64,000 bases of DNA, from positions 1,054,001 through 1,118,000 of the forward strand of contig JAYWIR010000008.1 of the NCBI GenBank assembly GCA_036172245.1, in the 5' to 3' direction. The position numbers were made by a program, and so were the translations under genes. Below are positions 11,701 to 25,700 of this stretch, piece after piece. Each line of letters starts with the position of its first letter. Within the stretch, counting starts at the first letter, position 1. The notes under the pieces were generated by a model. It was given only the letters and a program-made list of their open reading frames with translations, was not told where the DNA came from and ran no database searches. Source of the DNA: Raillietiella orientalis (lineage: Eukaryota).

Positions 11701-14700
11701 CTTCTCCGCGAGAGAGCGCTTACATCTACACGTTTCCCCTTTCTTGACCCGCTCGGAGACGAGGCGCTTTATGCGGCGAAACCCGGAAGCGAAGAAATCC
11801 CTGGCACGGGTGGGTGGGCGGTCGGGGAAGGAAGAGGGGTGCCGATGGTGCAAGGGGGAGGAAAACCGGGAGCTCGGCTCCAAGTAAGGTAGGAGAGCGG
11901 TCCTGCAAGGGAGCAGTTCGGACGATAGGTATTCTCAGTGGTGGCGTACCCACCCGAGTCTCTTGTGCCTCGGGAGCGCCTTCGGGAAGAGAACCCTCGT
12001 AGTACGAGGAAAAGACGCGAGATGGCAGGGCGCTCTCCGTCTGAAGGCTCTGCATGCGAGGACCATCTGCCATGCACTGACGGAAGCCTGTGAGAGTTCA
12101 AAAACCACCGCGCGGAGCGCGCGCGTCTCCACTCTCGCCCTTCCTTCCCCCCTACGGTCCCCCCCGGAAATGAGCAGTCGCGGCAGCGAACAGGCAATCC
12201 TCTGCTTTGCGTAGGATCGGGTTGAGGGGAGGAGAGGCAAGCTGGGACTCGTCAGGCAGTCCCCGTCGCTAGGGTGGAGTGGCTCACTACTCGGTCCTCG
12301 AGATGCGAAGCGCAGATGCCGTCTCCTGACGTCCGGTCTCATGGCTTCATTTAACCCTTCCTTCCCGTTCCGTTTCCTGCGAAACCCCTCGCAGGACGGG
12401 GGTCCTCTCGGAGACGAAGCGAGGAGTCCTCCGCGCTCGCACCCGGTGTCGTTCCTCGCAAGCTCCGGCGGCGCTTCGGAGGGGGTACAGGGAGGCCACG
12501 AGACCCCAGCGAGATGAGTCTCTGGGAGAAGGGTGCTGCGCGATGCCTCCCCGCCCCGGCGCGGGCAGACACGCGCCCTCTTTCGGGCAGCAGCGGCTGC
12601 TCTCGCCAAGCGTCGCCAGTCACTGAGAGGAGAGGGCAAGCGGACGTCCCTGAAAGGAGCGAAACGGTGAAGAATTGAGGGGAGGAAGGGATGGCGCCTC
12701 ATTGCACAGACGGACGGAAGAGAACGAGGGCCACGCTACCCCCTCAGGCAGTTGCTTTTTCTCCCCGGAAGAGGGCTCGGGGCAGCGGCTTCTTCGGGAC
12801 TTCTCACCGGGACCTTTCCTTCCGTACAGTTCCCTGCCGCCTAGCAACACGGGAGGCTGCCGGGAGTCGTCCAGGCGCGCGCCCTCTTTTCAAAAGAGTC
12901 GTTCTCCTCTCCCTCCCTCTCGCCACTCTCCAGCGTGGAACGGAGGAGAGTCCCGGGCAGCACCGTGGCCCAGGTGCGGAGACAATCTCGTTCCGAGTGG
13001 CGCTCGCTCCAGGTGGGGGCGGCAGATGGGGGGAGGGTGCTGCATCCTCCAGGCTCACGCCTCAGAGGAGAAATCTCCCCCTCCAATGCGGAGGGGTCAC
13101 CGTGACATCACTGTGGACACCGGGATCTGCTGCGGAAGGCTGGACGGAAGCCCTCATAAAGCGCAGTGGGTGTCCCAGGGAGGGAGCGAAGCAGAGGAGG
13201 TTCTTCCCTCCTCCTTCCCCTCCTTTTTGCTTGGGGCGCGATCTTGGGCGCGGCCAACCCCACCTTCAGGTTCTCTGGACTCGAGGAAAGGGGCGGCACG
13301 GGGAACGGCTGTCCGCACCACCGGTTACCCCGGAGGGAACATCCCAAACCTCCAGTCCTTCCGTTCCCCGCGACCTCCCGAAGCGCCGGCACGGGCGCTG
13401 ACCGCCGGAGCAGTCCCAAGTGCCTCCCCAGGCACAGCTCTCGGCCGCCGAAGCGGCGGTGGTAAATAGAACCACGACTCACCCTGCGGCGGCCCTTCAG
13501 AGAGATCCCCCCTTCCGAGCCGGGGAACGGGTGCTGCTCCTCGCGCACAGCCTCTCTCCTGACCCAGTTAGGTCACACCCCACGCACGGCCGTCGCTTCC
13601 TGCTGACGCTACTCTCCAGGGTCCTGCTTAGGAAGGGAGGTAGGGGGTAGAAGCAGCGGGGGCCCCTGATCCTCCCGATCTTCGCGGCTTCCACCTGGTC
13701 CTCCCGGCCGCGGCACGTAGCCTGCACCCCTCCCGCCCCGGTTCCTCTCCCCGCGGGACGTGCGATGTCCCCGCATCCTGAGGACCGCTGCTTCCGCGGC
13801 CTCGACCTGACAGGAAGGAAAGGGGAGCCATCGAGCTGCCCCGTGTGGCACCACCCTCGGTCTGTCAATAACCCTGAGGAGGGGTCCCGCCCTGCACCAA
13901 CGGTTGCCTGGCCGGCCGAGTCCCTCGCCCACCCGGCGACAGCAGCCGCCTTCAGGGCGAGCGTAGTCGGCGACCGCTTTCCCCGTCGTCTTGTTTATCC
14001 ACCTCGTGGGTCACATCTGCCTTATTAGGGCCCCCTCTTCACCGAAGCGCCTCCTCGACCCACCTCGTGACGACCACCACCCCCGCCCAGCCGACGCGCG
14101 GAGCGAGAGGAATGTTTGTTCAGGCACAGCGCCCCCTCGCGTCAAGCACACCCAACGGCTCCGAACCTCACCCTCTTTGGACGGCGACCGCCTGCCTGCC
14201 TCGCTTCCCCACTCGGGACTGCGGGTGCCGCCCACGCCCAGCCTCTTCAGACCCGGCTGTTCCTCGTCTCTAACGGCTTCCTGGTCTTCTGCGGTCTCGC
14301 TCGGAGCAGCTCAGCTGAAGCCGCGGTCGAGGCTCGTGGACGAAGAGAGCGCCCCTCCCTCCCCCTCCCTCTGCCGCAAACGGAACGGCCAGCGCGAGGG
14401 GGTGCCGACTCTCGGCTGCCCGCGACAGGAACGCGCGGGGGCCGCGTTTCGCTCCCGCCACCGGGGCGAGGAGCGGAGGCGCTCGTCTTTCCTGGGTCCG
14501 TTCCGGGACCGACGTGGGAACCGCCCGCGGGCGGTGCGCTGCCAGCCGGTGCTCGGAACTCCTTCGCGTAGTTCCCGGCGTGCTCGAGGAGCGGCGCCAG
14601 GAGCGCTCCGCAAACGTAGGCAGTCGGCAGCCAGCAGGGGAAGGGAAGAAAAGGAGTTGTGTGTGTGGGGGGATGGGAGGGGGGAGGAGGGGGTATTTTT

Positions 14701-15301
14701 GTCGACGCGCGTCAGCGTGGACGAAAATACCCCGCTCTCAGAAGCTTCCGCGCGCGCGCGCACGTCAAACGGCGCGCGCGATGACTGACGTTGCTTACTC
14801 GTTCCCCAAACAGATCCTCCGCGTCTCGTTCTTCACGGGAGCGCAATTGGTGCATCTTTTCACTGATCGATAGGATGGGACAGAAGATGGCGCTCACCTC
14901 CGCAGCGCGGCGGCGGCGGCGTTGGGGTTGATTGCCCCCTTCATCCGGAAAGACCGACCGCCAGTCCACAGCGCGTGCATCCGCGGGCTGCGGCAGTCGG
15001 CGCTGACAGTCCGGGGGGGAAGGGGGGGCGCCAGAGCGAGATGGGAAGTTTTCGCTCAACGAGCCAGAGATGCGGTGCTCGCGCGAAAGGCGCGCTGCCT
15101 GCCATCCCCGTGTGACCTCGGCGGCGGCGGGGAACGGAAAGTGTGCCTTCCCAAAGATGTTGAATCAGCCGTTTCCGGCGGATCGCGTCGCTTGCGTGTG
15201 TGCCGCGAGCGCCTCCAGCGGGCTCGATTCTGCTCCGCCCCCCCCCCTCCCCTCCTCCTCCTCTCCCCCCCTCCCGTCGTCGACGCGATAGCACGATCCG
15301 T

Positions 15302-15448
15302 GCACCCTGCGCCTTTTTTTCACGCGCTGCGGACGATCACGGTCGACACCCAAGGGCCGAAGAACACCGCGCGCAAGGTGTTCCATCCCATGGAATGGCG
15401 GTGGTGCCAGCATCTGTGAGAGCGAGCGCGCCGCCGCCAGAGGGATGC
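15302..15448. repeat. Left arm of a 147-bp inverted repeat
   Basis: Reverse complement of 16650-16796 with only two mismatches seen (TTCCATCCCATGG versus TTCCAGCCAATGG). Confidence 0.95.
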
Positions 15449-16649
15449 GGTCGCGCGGTCCCTTGGCAGGGTGCGTGTGGGCTCATCCGCACTTGCGCGA
15501 GGCCCCTGGCGGTGGGGCGCACCGAGTCGTGCGGTGTATGGCCAGAGCGCACCTCTCTCCGCACCATCTGTGGGTGCGGTTTCCCCCCCGATGCGACGTC
15601 CGTGGCGCGCCATCCTTCCGAAGGCGCTCATCCTTCCGGGAGAGGTAACTCGCAGGTGTGTGTGTTTCCCCCGACCCCACATCCCCCGCACCACGTCCGT
15701 CCCTACGTCCTCCTGAAGAGGTAGGGGTGGAAGCTTGCGCTCTTACCCCCACTCTCTCGGCCGGGATTCCTGCGAGTCGCGCAGCGTACGGACCCCATCT
15801 CTCGGGGCTTCATCCACTGGGGTTACGGTGCGCCTCTTGCAGCTGCGTCATCGCTTCTACCCTCCTCCTTCTCCTCCCTCCAACCTTCTCTCCAGGACCT
15901 CATCCCATTTCCTCCAGCCGGACTGCTCGCCCTTTCGCATGGGTACCCGTGGCACGGCGGCTTTCGCACGAGACGGCCACTTGTTCGATTCCTGTCCGTT
16001 CGACGTCGCTGAGGAACTTTCGGGAGAAGACGTGAGGGGGGGGGGGAGTTCCTGACCCGCGGTTTCCTGGAGAGGCAGCCGATCCTTGGTCCCGTGCCCG
16101 AGGAGGCGCACCGGCTCGGACTGCGGAGGCACAGATGCGCGCGCACCATTCCGGGCTGGGGGGGTCCCGCTTTCCGGCCGTCACTCGGGACCTCGGAGGA
16201 AACCCTACCCTCCGAAATCCGGATGCAGTCGTCCACCTCCAGAGGAAGGAGGGGCGAGGAAACCGAGATGGGAGGAACAGGGACACTGCTGAGTGGGTGC
16301 TTGGGGATTAGGACAAGCGACATCTCTGACTCCAGCCCACGGCGATGCGGATCCCCTAGGGCAAACGTCGTAGGAACCGGCAGGGGAGAAGGGGCTCGGC
16401 TCTCCGGGTCGGACCTCACTGGTCCAGGGATCGTCTCTGCCTCCGCGAAGCGAGGAGGCCGGCAGCGGCGTCTTGCCGGCTAGGGAGGCGCGCCCTTGGG
16501 GCAGCGGCCTCTTGGGAACCGCGAAAGACTCGCAGCGCCGTTCCGTGGGAGATTCCCTCCCGGACGGCTCGACGGGAGGCTGGGCTTCGGACCTTTTGAT
16601 GAGACGAAAGTGCTTTCGCGAGTTCCGTTCCTTGCGAGACGCGGCGGCT

Positions 16650-16796
16650 GCATCCCTCTGGCGGCGGCGCGCTCGCTCTCACAGATGCTGGCACCACCGC
16701 CATTCCATTGGCTGGAACACCTTGCGCGCGGTGTTCTTCGGCCCTTGGGTGTCGACCGTGATCGTCCGCAGCGCGTGAAAAAAAGGCGCAGGGTGC
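16650..16796. repeat. Right arm of a 147-bp inverted repeat
   Basis: Reverse complement of 15302-15448; the spacer is 1201 bp. Confidence 0.95.
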
Positions 16797-19700
16797 TCGG
16801 CGGGAACGACCAGGAAAGCAAGGCGGGCGCGGGCACCTCGGCCCGCGTCCTACGTTTAACTCCTTCGGATGGCGCAACGATGGCTCCCCCAGCGAGCCGA
16901 GCTCACTCGAGGGACCCCCTGCGTCGCCAAAGTGAGCGTTGCTACACGGACGGCATTTCGTCCGCGGCGTTGGATTGGTCGCGCGCCACTCGGAGGAAGG
17001 GAAGGGGTGATCTGCTTCCTCGACGCGGCCTGGGCGCCCCGCCTTCGAGGGGATCCCGGGGCGAGGAGAGGATCTCCTCCTCTTCGCCGCTTCCTCCCGA
17101 GAAATGATTGCCGCGGCTGATCCTTCCGAACAGCTTCCCTGAGCAGGTTGCCACCTTCCGAAGGTGGCAAGCTGCTCCTTCGTGGTCGAGGCTGAGAACT
17201 GGAACGCTCCCCGGCGAGGGCAGGAGTTTGTTCCTGAGGGAGAGGGGGCGCAGGGGCAGCGGATTCCCCCGCGGAACGGTCCCGCAGCCAAGGGCCGTCG
17301 CCGCCTTCCCAAAGCGAAGTCCTCCGGAGCGTCCTGCTCCCCTAGCTGGCGCACTGGCCTGCCTGCGGGAGGATATGAGACAGCCGGGCGATCCCACCCC
17401 CCTTCTTTCTCCGGCACGTCCTGGTACGAACTTGCGCGGCTCGGGGGCGTTTCCTCCCTTTCGTCGTGCCTCCCCGCGGAAGGCTGCTCGGCTGCCCCGA
17501 GAACGGGAGATCTCCCGGCTACGCCGGCGATCGAGGGCCCGAAGCAGACCGTGCGGAATGGGAAGGCTTCCCGATTCTGGAGAAAACGAGGGTAGTAGCC
17601 CGAGGGAGTTCGGGGACGCGACGTATCCTCCCTCCCCAAGGAATTTCCCCGAGGGACTCCGTGCTTTCGTGGAAGACCTTCTCCGCTCTGTCCGAGTTCC
17701 GGTGAGCTATCAGCCGAGTTCGGGTCGTGGGCAAGTGCGGGGGCCGTGAGGCAGGCATGCTGGCTGCAGCGACCTACCGAAACACAGAAGCGAGGACTGG
17801 CGCGGGGGCCACCTATGGCTCCGATGACAAACAAACGAAGAAAAGAAAAAAGAAAAATTCGAGTGCGATCATCCGGCGTAGTGCTCCATCCGCTCCGGAT
17901 GAGCATCAAACGTGGACGGAGAAAAGCTTCCGAAGCACTCCGCACGCTGCGCCACTGAGGTTGCAACGCCCGCCCGTCTCCCCGGAAGACTGCCAGACTA
18001 AACCGGAACGAGGTGCGGCCCTGTTACGTGCCCGCGCTCTTCGGCCCGGAGCCTCTCGGTTCCCTCCAAGCTGTTTCCCAACTCTGAGGGGGGAAGGGAA
18101 TGGAGGGGAGAGGGCTGAGAACAAAAAAAAAAAAACGAAGCAAAAAAAGGAAGAAAAGCGAGATGGGTAGGAAGCGGCGGAGTGGCTCGGCGAGGGAGGG
18201 GCAAATCCGTCCCAACGCCAACCGCCCTACGGCGCGTGTGCGCGGCGCTTTCTAAATCTCAGGCGCGCGTCTCTTTCGAGAGAGTGCTCTCGCGCGGAGC
18301 TCGTCAGCCAGGTGGACACGTGTTGCTAGGGTCGCCTGCACCCTAGCAACGCGCCGGGGTGGAGAAGTTCGGTTGTCTGCACGCCGGAATGGTCTCCATG
18401 TGAACTGCAAGTCCCCCTCCCCGTCCTCCAGTCCGAAGATGGCGCTCAGCCTTGCGAATGTTTGGAAAAAAAAAAAAAGAATTTCCATGGAAGTCCCATG
18501 GAATTTTTGGATGAATGGATGACACCTGAGGATTTCTGGACTCCGTGTCTGTGATCGTAAACTGGAATGAAGGTGCACAGGAGATTATTATCCATAAGCA
18601 CGGGCGGGAATCCGTTACCACCGGGAACCTGTGCTCGTTTGCCCACTGAATTATTGTCATCCTCTGGGGATTTGAATTTAGGGATTGCGTCCCGACGTAG
18701 ATGATGAATCACGAGAGGTTGCTCCTGGATGTGCTTCCTGTGCATCTCCGTGAACCCAAGGAAAGCCAGGATGTTCTCTCGGGCTGTGGCGTGGAAGCCT
18801 CGCTTGCCCTGCGAACTCCACACTCCCATATTCTAATTCGCGTGCCACTGCGGCCTGAATCGATGTAATTTCCCAAGGGCCGTGGACATTAAATTACAGC
18901 AAATTGCATGTGATTTTAATCAGGAGCCGCATTCAATCGTGATGCAAATGACGACTTTGCAGAGCCATTATCCCAAGCACCCTTCAAGAAACGAACCCCC
19001 TCTCTGTTTTTTCTTTTCTTTTTTTTTGGCTTTCAGGGGTACCAGCTTATTCGATTACCCAGCGAGAGCTCTGGAAGTGAGCCCCCTTCCCGAATAAGCG
19101 GTCCGGGCCTTCTCTGGTACGGCTGGAGACGACGATTTCGTTGCGACCGCTCGGGACGAACTGCAGAAATGAAGGGAAGTCGCCAACCGTGCAGGGATCG
19201 GCGCTTCCTTCCTCCGGGACGCTTTCGATCCTGGGCAGTCTTCCCGCTCAAGTCCGACGTCGCGGGAGTACCACGGCAAGCGCCTCCCTTCCCTACACCC
19301 TCCCTCCTCCCTCTCTCTCCCCATCTTGCGCGTGCTCTGCACGGAAGCGGGCCGCTCTCGGATCGGGACAGCCGCCGCACGCAGCGGGCTCGGGGAACTC
19401 GGACGAGGAGTCGCCATGGATATGCAGAGGTGCTCCGAGCGACGTGCTTGCGCTCGTTGCGCGTCTTCCTGGAAAGAACCTCTTCTCTCGTTTACCGGAG
19501 TCCTTCCGTTCCGGGGGAGCGTTCGGAGGTCGCCCCCACCCCGCCGCGGCGGCTGCTCCCGGAGTCGCGCGCCAGGAAGTCGGCGGTCTCGGGAAGAGCA
19601 AATCGTGGTCCCGTGAGACCTCGCGGGACGGTTCTTTGCAGCGGCCCTCGGAGAGCTGCACGCTGCGACGCCTCGCCTCTTCCGTTTTCTTCTTTTGGTT

Positions 19701-22700
19701 TCCAAAGCGGGACCTTGGAGGCTCTGCGACCGAAGAGGGCACCAGGAAGCCCTTCTTCTCTCCGTTCCTTCGCCGAAGATGCGGGCGCCCGAAGCGGTCC
19801 GCCGGAGTCGCTCTGCAGCGCGCAGCCACTTTCAAGACGCCTTCCCCTTGGATGGCTCCCATCGGACATCATTCGCTTTCAGTCTGACAAAGCGACTTCC
19901 GGATGGAGCGCTCGTGAAAGATGGCAGCCATTAATTCGAGGTACCGCTCGCAGCCACCCCCCTCTGCCGACTGACAGGACTAGCAGGGAAATGTTTGTCT
20001 CCGCTGACTGTGAGAGCTCTCCAGAAAAAAAGACGGGGTCAGGAGGGGGGGGGGGGGAGAGACGTCTGCGAGAAAGGAAAATGAGTGTCCCTTCCCCGTC
20101 CCCATTCCCAGAGGGAAGCCGTGGGGGCAGAGCCGCCCCGTGGCATTGTCCGTGGCTCTGCCCAGCGCAAGAGCCGGGCGGGGGAAGTCCTCGCGTCCAG
20201 CCCGGGTCCCGCCGAACCAGCCGAGCGCTCCACGCTTTCCCGGCAACGGAAGCGTAGCATCCCTTCCATATTCGGGCACGCTTCGTTCTCGAGTCCGGAA
20301 GCCAGAGAATATGATGGGGGGGGGGGGGGGGAAGTACCGCGGCCCACACGCCACACAGGCTGCGGATGCACTCCTCGCGTGTGCAGCGTGCGTACTCGCA
20401 CGACGCCTTCCGGCGGGCTCATGCGCGTGTACGAGACGTCCTCGCGCGCATGCGCTTGCAGACGGAGCAGGGAGCTCGAAAGGGGCGCGCGGGCTGCCCA
20501 TCCTCTTGGAGCACGTGGAGTTTTCCGAATCATCCCCTTCCCTGTCCTCCTCTTTAGCTCCCACGAAATCCTGGACCCTCGCGATGAACTTTTGCGTGGG
20601 GCGCGATACTCGCCTTCCAGAGAGAGGGGAAGGTGGGCTGCAGGGGGGTGCAGGTGGATGCGGAGGGAACCCTTGAATCAGCTGCGGAAAATGTGCTTGG
20701 GGGGGGGGGGGGCGAGGGGAGGCTTGGGCCGCCGCAATCGATGAAATTGTCGCGGACCCGCTCGCTTTCCCAGCGTTGCTGACTCCACAGAATAATCAAG
20801 AAGACGTCGTCGCGTGATTCGTAATGCAATTTCCGGGCCACGCTTTCTCCAAATGTTATCCTTCCGCAAATTGCGGTCCAAGCAGCACCTGAATCTCCAT
20901 TTTCAGGAGGCGTTTTCCAGAGATGAGACTCCTGTCATCGGGACGCACCATCCCACGCGCCGCACCCCTCTGCGTAACACGGCGCTTCGGACCGACACGC
21001 GCACACACGTGCGTGTCCACGTCCGCCCGCCAGGAAGAGAAAGGACAGGAAGAGAGCTTCGGAGCAGAGAGGCAGCAGCAAATGCACAAAAAAGAGAGAG
21101 AGAGAGGAGGGGGGGGGAAAAAAAAAAAAAGGCGCGCGAGTGGTTTCGGTTTTCCTCGGCCCCTGGCCCGAGTAGCCCTTCCCCCTTGTCCCCTTCCCGC
21201 GCCGCACCAAAGGCAACCCCACCCACCCTCTCGGAATCACGTTCCGCGTGGTGGGAACCCATTAATTGGGTTATTTCTTTCTTGCGAGCAAAGAACCGAA
21301 CTTTCGAACAGTTTGTGCACAAAAGTCTCTGTTTGGTCGCGGGCTTTTTTGTTTCTGCCGGTTCATCCTCGGAGCACTCGAAACCACTCCCTCCCTCCCC
21401 CGCCTTCCTCCCCCTCGCGTGCATCCACCAGAAGTGGACAAGTGTTTTTTTCCACTGCTCCTCTGCAACTTTTCCCGAGCAAACAAAAGGGAAACACACA
21501 AACACACATACGCTTCGCCGAAGAAGATACTTGGTTTCCGCGGTTTTTGTTATTCCTGAGATGAGGTGCGATGTGTGCGAGCATCTGTTGACACTCACTC
21601 TGCAAATATTCCACCAGAGTCACGTCAGTTATCCTTCTGTGAGTATCCCAATTAAGTAATCCATTACGACAGTCGTGACAGTCACCGAGAAATGCCAGGG
21701 AGAAGCTTCCAGTCGAGGAAGGCCCGAGGGCACGTCGTATGCTGTTAGGCTCTGTCAACAAAGAGCAATTCTTTCGCTACCCGAAGGAGGATGGCTACTC
21801 ATGCTGGCGCGGGAGAGGGGGAGAGCTGGACTTTCGGCAAGCGGAGATTCAATATTTGACTTCAGAAACGTTCATTCATTAGAAGTCCGTATTTGTCCGA
21901 AAACACGCGAGGGCATGAGATACATTAAACCACGGAGGAAGCCATTTTCCCAGGTGGTGATCGCCGTGGTCTTTGGATGCGGCACGACTCCCGTTGCCAG
22001 CCCCGCGAGGAGATGCTCTCTACCTCCTCATCCCTTCCCCTCTTCCCTTTTTGCCCACATTTTTCCTTCCGCCCCGCACCTCCGCTCGAAAAACCAAGGA
22101 AAGGAAAGAGAAAAAAAAAAAAAAAGTAGAAGAGGAGGAGAGGGGGCTGCTTGATAATGTAACCTGATCCAAGTGATCTTTCGTGAGTGATTCCCAGCAC
22201 TGATGCAGCAACCCCCAAGCCAAACTTATCCGAAGAACGAGTTTGGAGGCCCTCAGCTGCAGAGAGAGGCGTTTCGTTTTTGAACAAAAGCCATCGCCGG
22301 GGATTCCGAAAAGGAATTTAAGCAGCGATCCCGCGCAGCTTTGAGATGCTCTCTAAGCACACGCGACGGAAGCGTCTCTGTGCTAAAAGATTCCTGACAT
22401 GTTTACCGTTTTGAATTCTTTTGCATTTCATATCAATAGGTTCCCTTCACTCATCGTAGAGGGGGGGGGGGGGAAAGACAAGGAAAAAAAAAGAAGAAAA
22501 AAGAAATGCGCGAGAGGAAAAAATAGCCGTGATCTTAAGAAGGCGTTCATTTACGACTTTCAGATTCTGCGGCTGTAAGACGGGGGGAAAGAAAAGCAAA
22601 GCAAAGAGAAGGAGCAAAGATACTCATGAAGGAGCATTCACAACACGAATGCGCAAAACATGAGAAATCGACTACACGGAGAGTTTGCAAACCCCGAATC

Positions 22701-25700
22701 AGCCGTCTGTACGGTGAAAGCGGCTTTTTTTTTCTTTCTTTCTTTCTTTCTTTCCTTCTTTCAACGAAGAGGAGGAGAGGAGGAGATGGCTGAAACTCCC
22801 AGAGTGTGTGTTTTTCCTTTGGATGTCCACATGGACGAAAGGCAATTCCGGTGATTGAATCGGTAAGTCGGACGCTCATCGGGGATTCAGGAAATACAAT
22901 TCAATGCTATTATCAAGAGAATAAATCACCTCTGGCCGTTTCGGCCAATCAGATCGCAGGGAAGGAGAACTCCGAAATTGTCACTTGATACAGCAGGACA
23001 CGGGTTCCAGAGAGCATGCAATAAATTTTCTGGTGATGATAATCCGTGTGACTGGGGGAAGTGGTCGCGATCTGCGGGAGCGGGACGATGAGCTGGAAGG
23101 AAAGGATGGGGGTAGGGATGAGGCCGGCGCGCCGAGTCGGCAAATGGGGAGGGTGAGGGCACCTTCAGCACGTGCATGCGTCGCGCTGCTGCCGACACGC
23201 GCCGTCACCCAGGGGATCCGCCAGCGAAAACGCCAGATTGGCACGCGTATTTCGAAAGCAGGCGTTGCAGGACCTACGGAGTTGACGGCGGTGGGGATAA
23301 CAAGGACGAGGACGGTCGGTTCACACCCATCGGGTAAGTTTTTAAACCACCACCCGGAGTCGGGGGGCCTCTGCTCCCGGCGAAAGATCGGATGGGGGAA
23401 GGGAGATTGTGCGCTCGCCTCCGTGATCCAGGAGCCGCGGATCTGCCGCGTTTCAGGTGGGCGCTCGCAGAATTTGCGTTAAAAGGGCGGGCGGGAGGAG
23501 GTGGAAGGGACGATTCGCGAGAAGATTCCGTGAAAACTCCGCTGGACTTGTCCGCCTATCAGAAACGCGCTTGACTGCTAATGTCTCCGCCGTCTTCCAC
23601 GGAGGGAGATGCACAAACGGTTGACTTCGATCGATGAGGATCAACTGATGGGTCCGCGGAGAGACCAGGCTGCCAGCTGCTCCTCTGGAGCGACTCCAAG
23701 ACGGTCTGCAGGGGCGGACAAAGCTGATAAAGGTCTCCTGCAACTTTTCGGGAGGGAGAAGGGGCATTTCTCCCCGTCCATGGAATTTCCTTTCACCGGT
23801 GCTCTGGCAGCTCCAAGATGCAGACAGGAGGCTCCGGAGACAGCGTCCCGTGCAGCCGATGCTGCTGTGATCCAGCAGCGAGGGGAGACCAGCCGGTTAC
23901 TCGCTGTTCCCGCGCCCCTGCGCAAGCGCCTCGCTACACGTGCGCGCGCGCGCCTTCTCTTCGCCCGTCCGCATCCCCTCAGCCGAGTGGAGTGACTCGA
24001 GCTATGCGGCCGCGGGTTTGCTCAGGGGTCTCCCTGGGTGAGGTTCCCGAGATCCACTTGAGGGGAAGTCCAGAGTCCATAAGCGACAAGGGGGACGGAA
24101 GGGACGACAGTCTGCCGGGAGAGGCGAGGCAGCTGCGGTACGAAACCGTGTCGGCAGGTGCGGCCAACGGGCAGGCCGCATCTTCCAATCTCTCCCGCGC
24201 GGTCAAAGCAGCGGGCCATTCGGAGCTCAGAAGAGAGGAAGTTGCAAGCCTACCTGCGAGACTTCACTCTGGGGAGCGAGGCGGAGGGCGCATCTTTCGG
24301 AGATTAGAACGGATAGCAGGGGACGCCTCTTGCAGCAGTCCCCGCCGAAGCCAGAAGCAGCTCCTCCTTTCATCCAGATGACCCCTCCACCCTTCTTCGA
24401 GCACTGCTGTTGAATCCCTCCCCTGATCTACGCAGTTCCTGGCGCGGCGCGTGATGGCTCCACACTCTCTGAAAACTCGGGCGTGACACAGGTCGCTCTA
24501 CTGGATCGCCTGTCAGTTCCTGCCTCAGCCCCCCTCCCCCAAGGGGGGGGGGAAATCAGAGCCAATAAAAACGTGAAATCCCCTTGGGGGAAGGAGTGTG
24601 GGTTCCCGGCTGCCGCATCAACTTCAAGAAGTACTGGAGGACGGAAACGGCTGCTTCCGGTCGGTGCCGGTCGCGACTCATCGCTTCCGGTGTTCGGTTT
24701 GAGCATCCCCCACATACTGCTTGCGGAGAGGGAGGGAACGCCCCCGCAAGCGTTCTCCAGCTGACCCGAGGGTTCCGAAAGTACAACAGCCGTTGGCTCA
24801 TTCTGATCCTGGAGTCCGCAAAAAGGTCACCCTGCAACCCTCCCTCTTTCCGTCTCCCCCCCCTCCTTTAGGTGGGAAGAGTGGTTTCCCTTTATCAGGG
24901 AGCCCCTGCAGCTCTGTCAGCTGCTCCACTTCCTGTGTCCAATGAGAGGAGGGGATCAAGGATTTGCCTGGTGCCGGCACAGGGAGAGCGGACACCAAAG
25001 AAGCTCCCGAGAGAAGATCGCGGGACGGGCGCATACCTCCGGCCAGACTGGGCGGAGGGTCCGTCGTTCGACGCGCCACTTGGAAGCTCGCCCTGCGGCA
25101 GGGCTGCTTCTCCGGCACAACGCCCATCCGAATGACCCTGCGATTGCCAGGGGAAAGGGGGGAGCCGAGTCAGATGCGCCAACGGTGGAGCGTGGGGTCG
25201 CTCGCCTCGTGAGCGCCGTCCCTGGCACGGCAAGGAGATGCGCACCCAAGCGGCTCCGCGCCGCCTCCTTCCGCCCACAGAGGAGCCCGACGGACCTGCT
25301 AACGTCTGACGCCGCTCAGGGAGGGGAAGGGGGATCGAGAGGGAGGGTTTATTGGGCCAGAGAGCGTCGGCTTCTCTCTCCCCGCTAGTCGACTGGCATC
25401 CTCGGTCCTTTCTTGTTTCGGGTTACGCCGTTTTCCCCAACCTCGAGCGGCCAACCGTCCAACCGCTACCCGCCGGGGAGGGAGCGCGCTACCCGATCCT
25501 GCGAGCGACCAGGTCCTGGAGGGAAAAGGAAGGGAAGAAACCGACGAGGGAATCTCGGAGGGTTACGAGGTGCACACCCGCCGGCCTTTCCCTTCGGAAA
25601 GTCTAGAGCTGCTCCCAGAAAGGAATTCGAGACAGCCGGTGCTCTTCGTAGGAGGCTGCTCCTCACCTGCGAGCACAGGGAAAGGAGGGGTACTCCAGGG

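Noticed and set aside
14797..14945. Minus-strand donor motifs GTGAGC and GTAAGC with short open frames
   Set aside because: No consistent exon chain could be built, and the implied intron is only about 35 nt.
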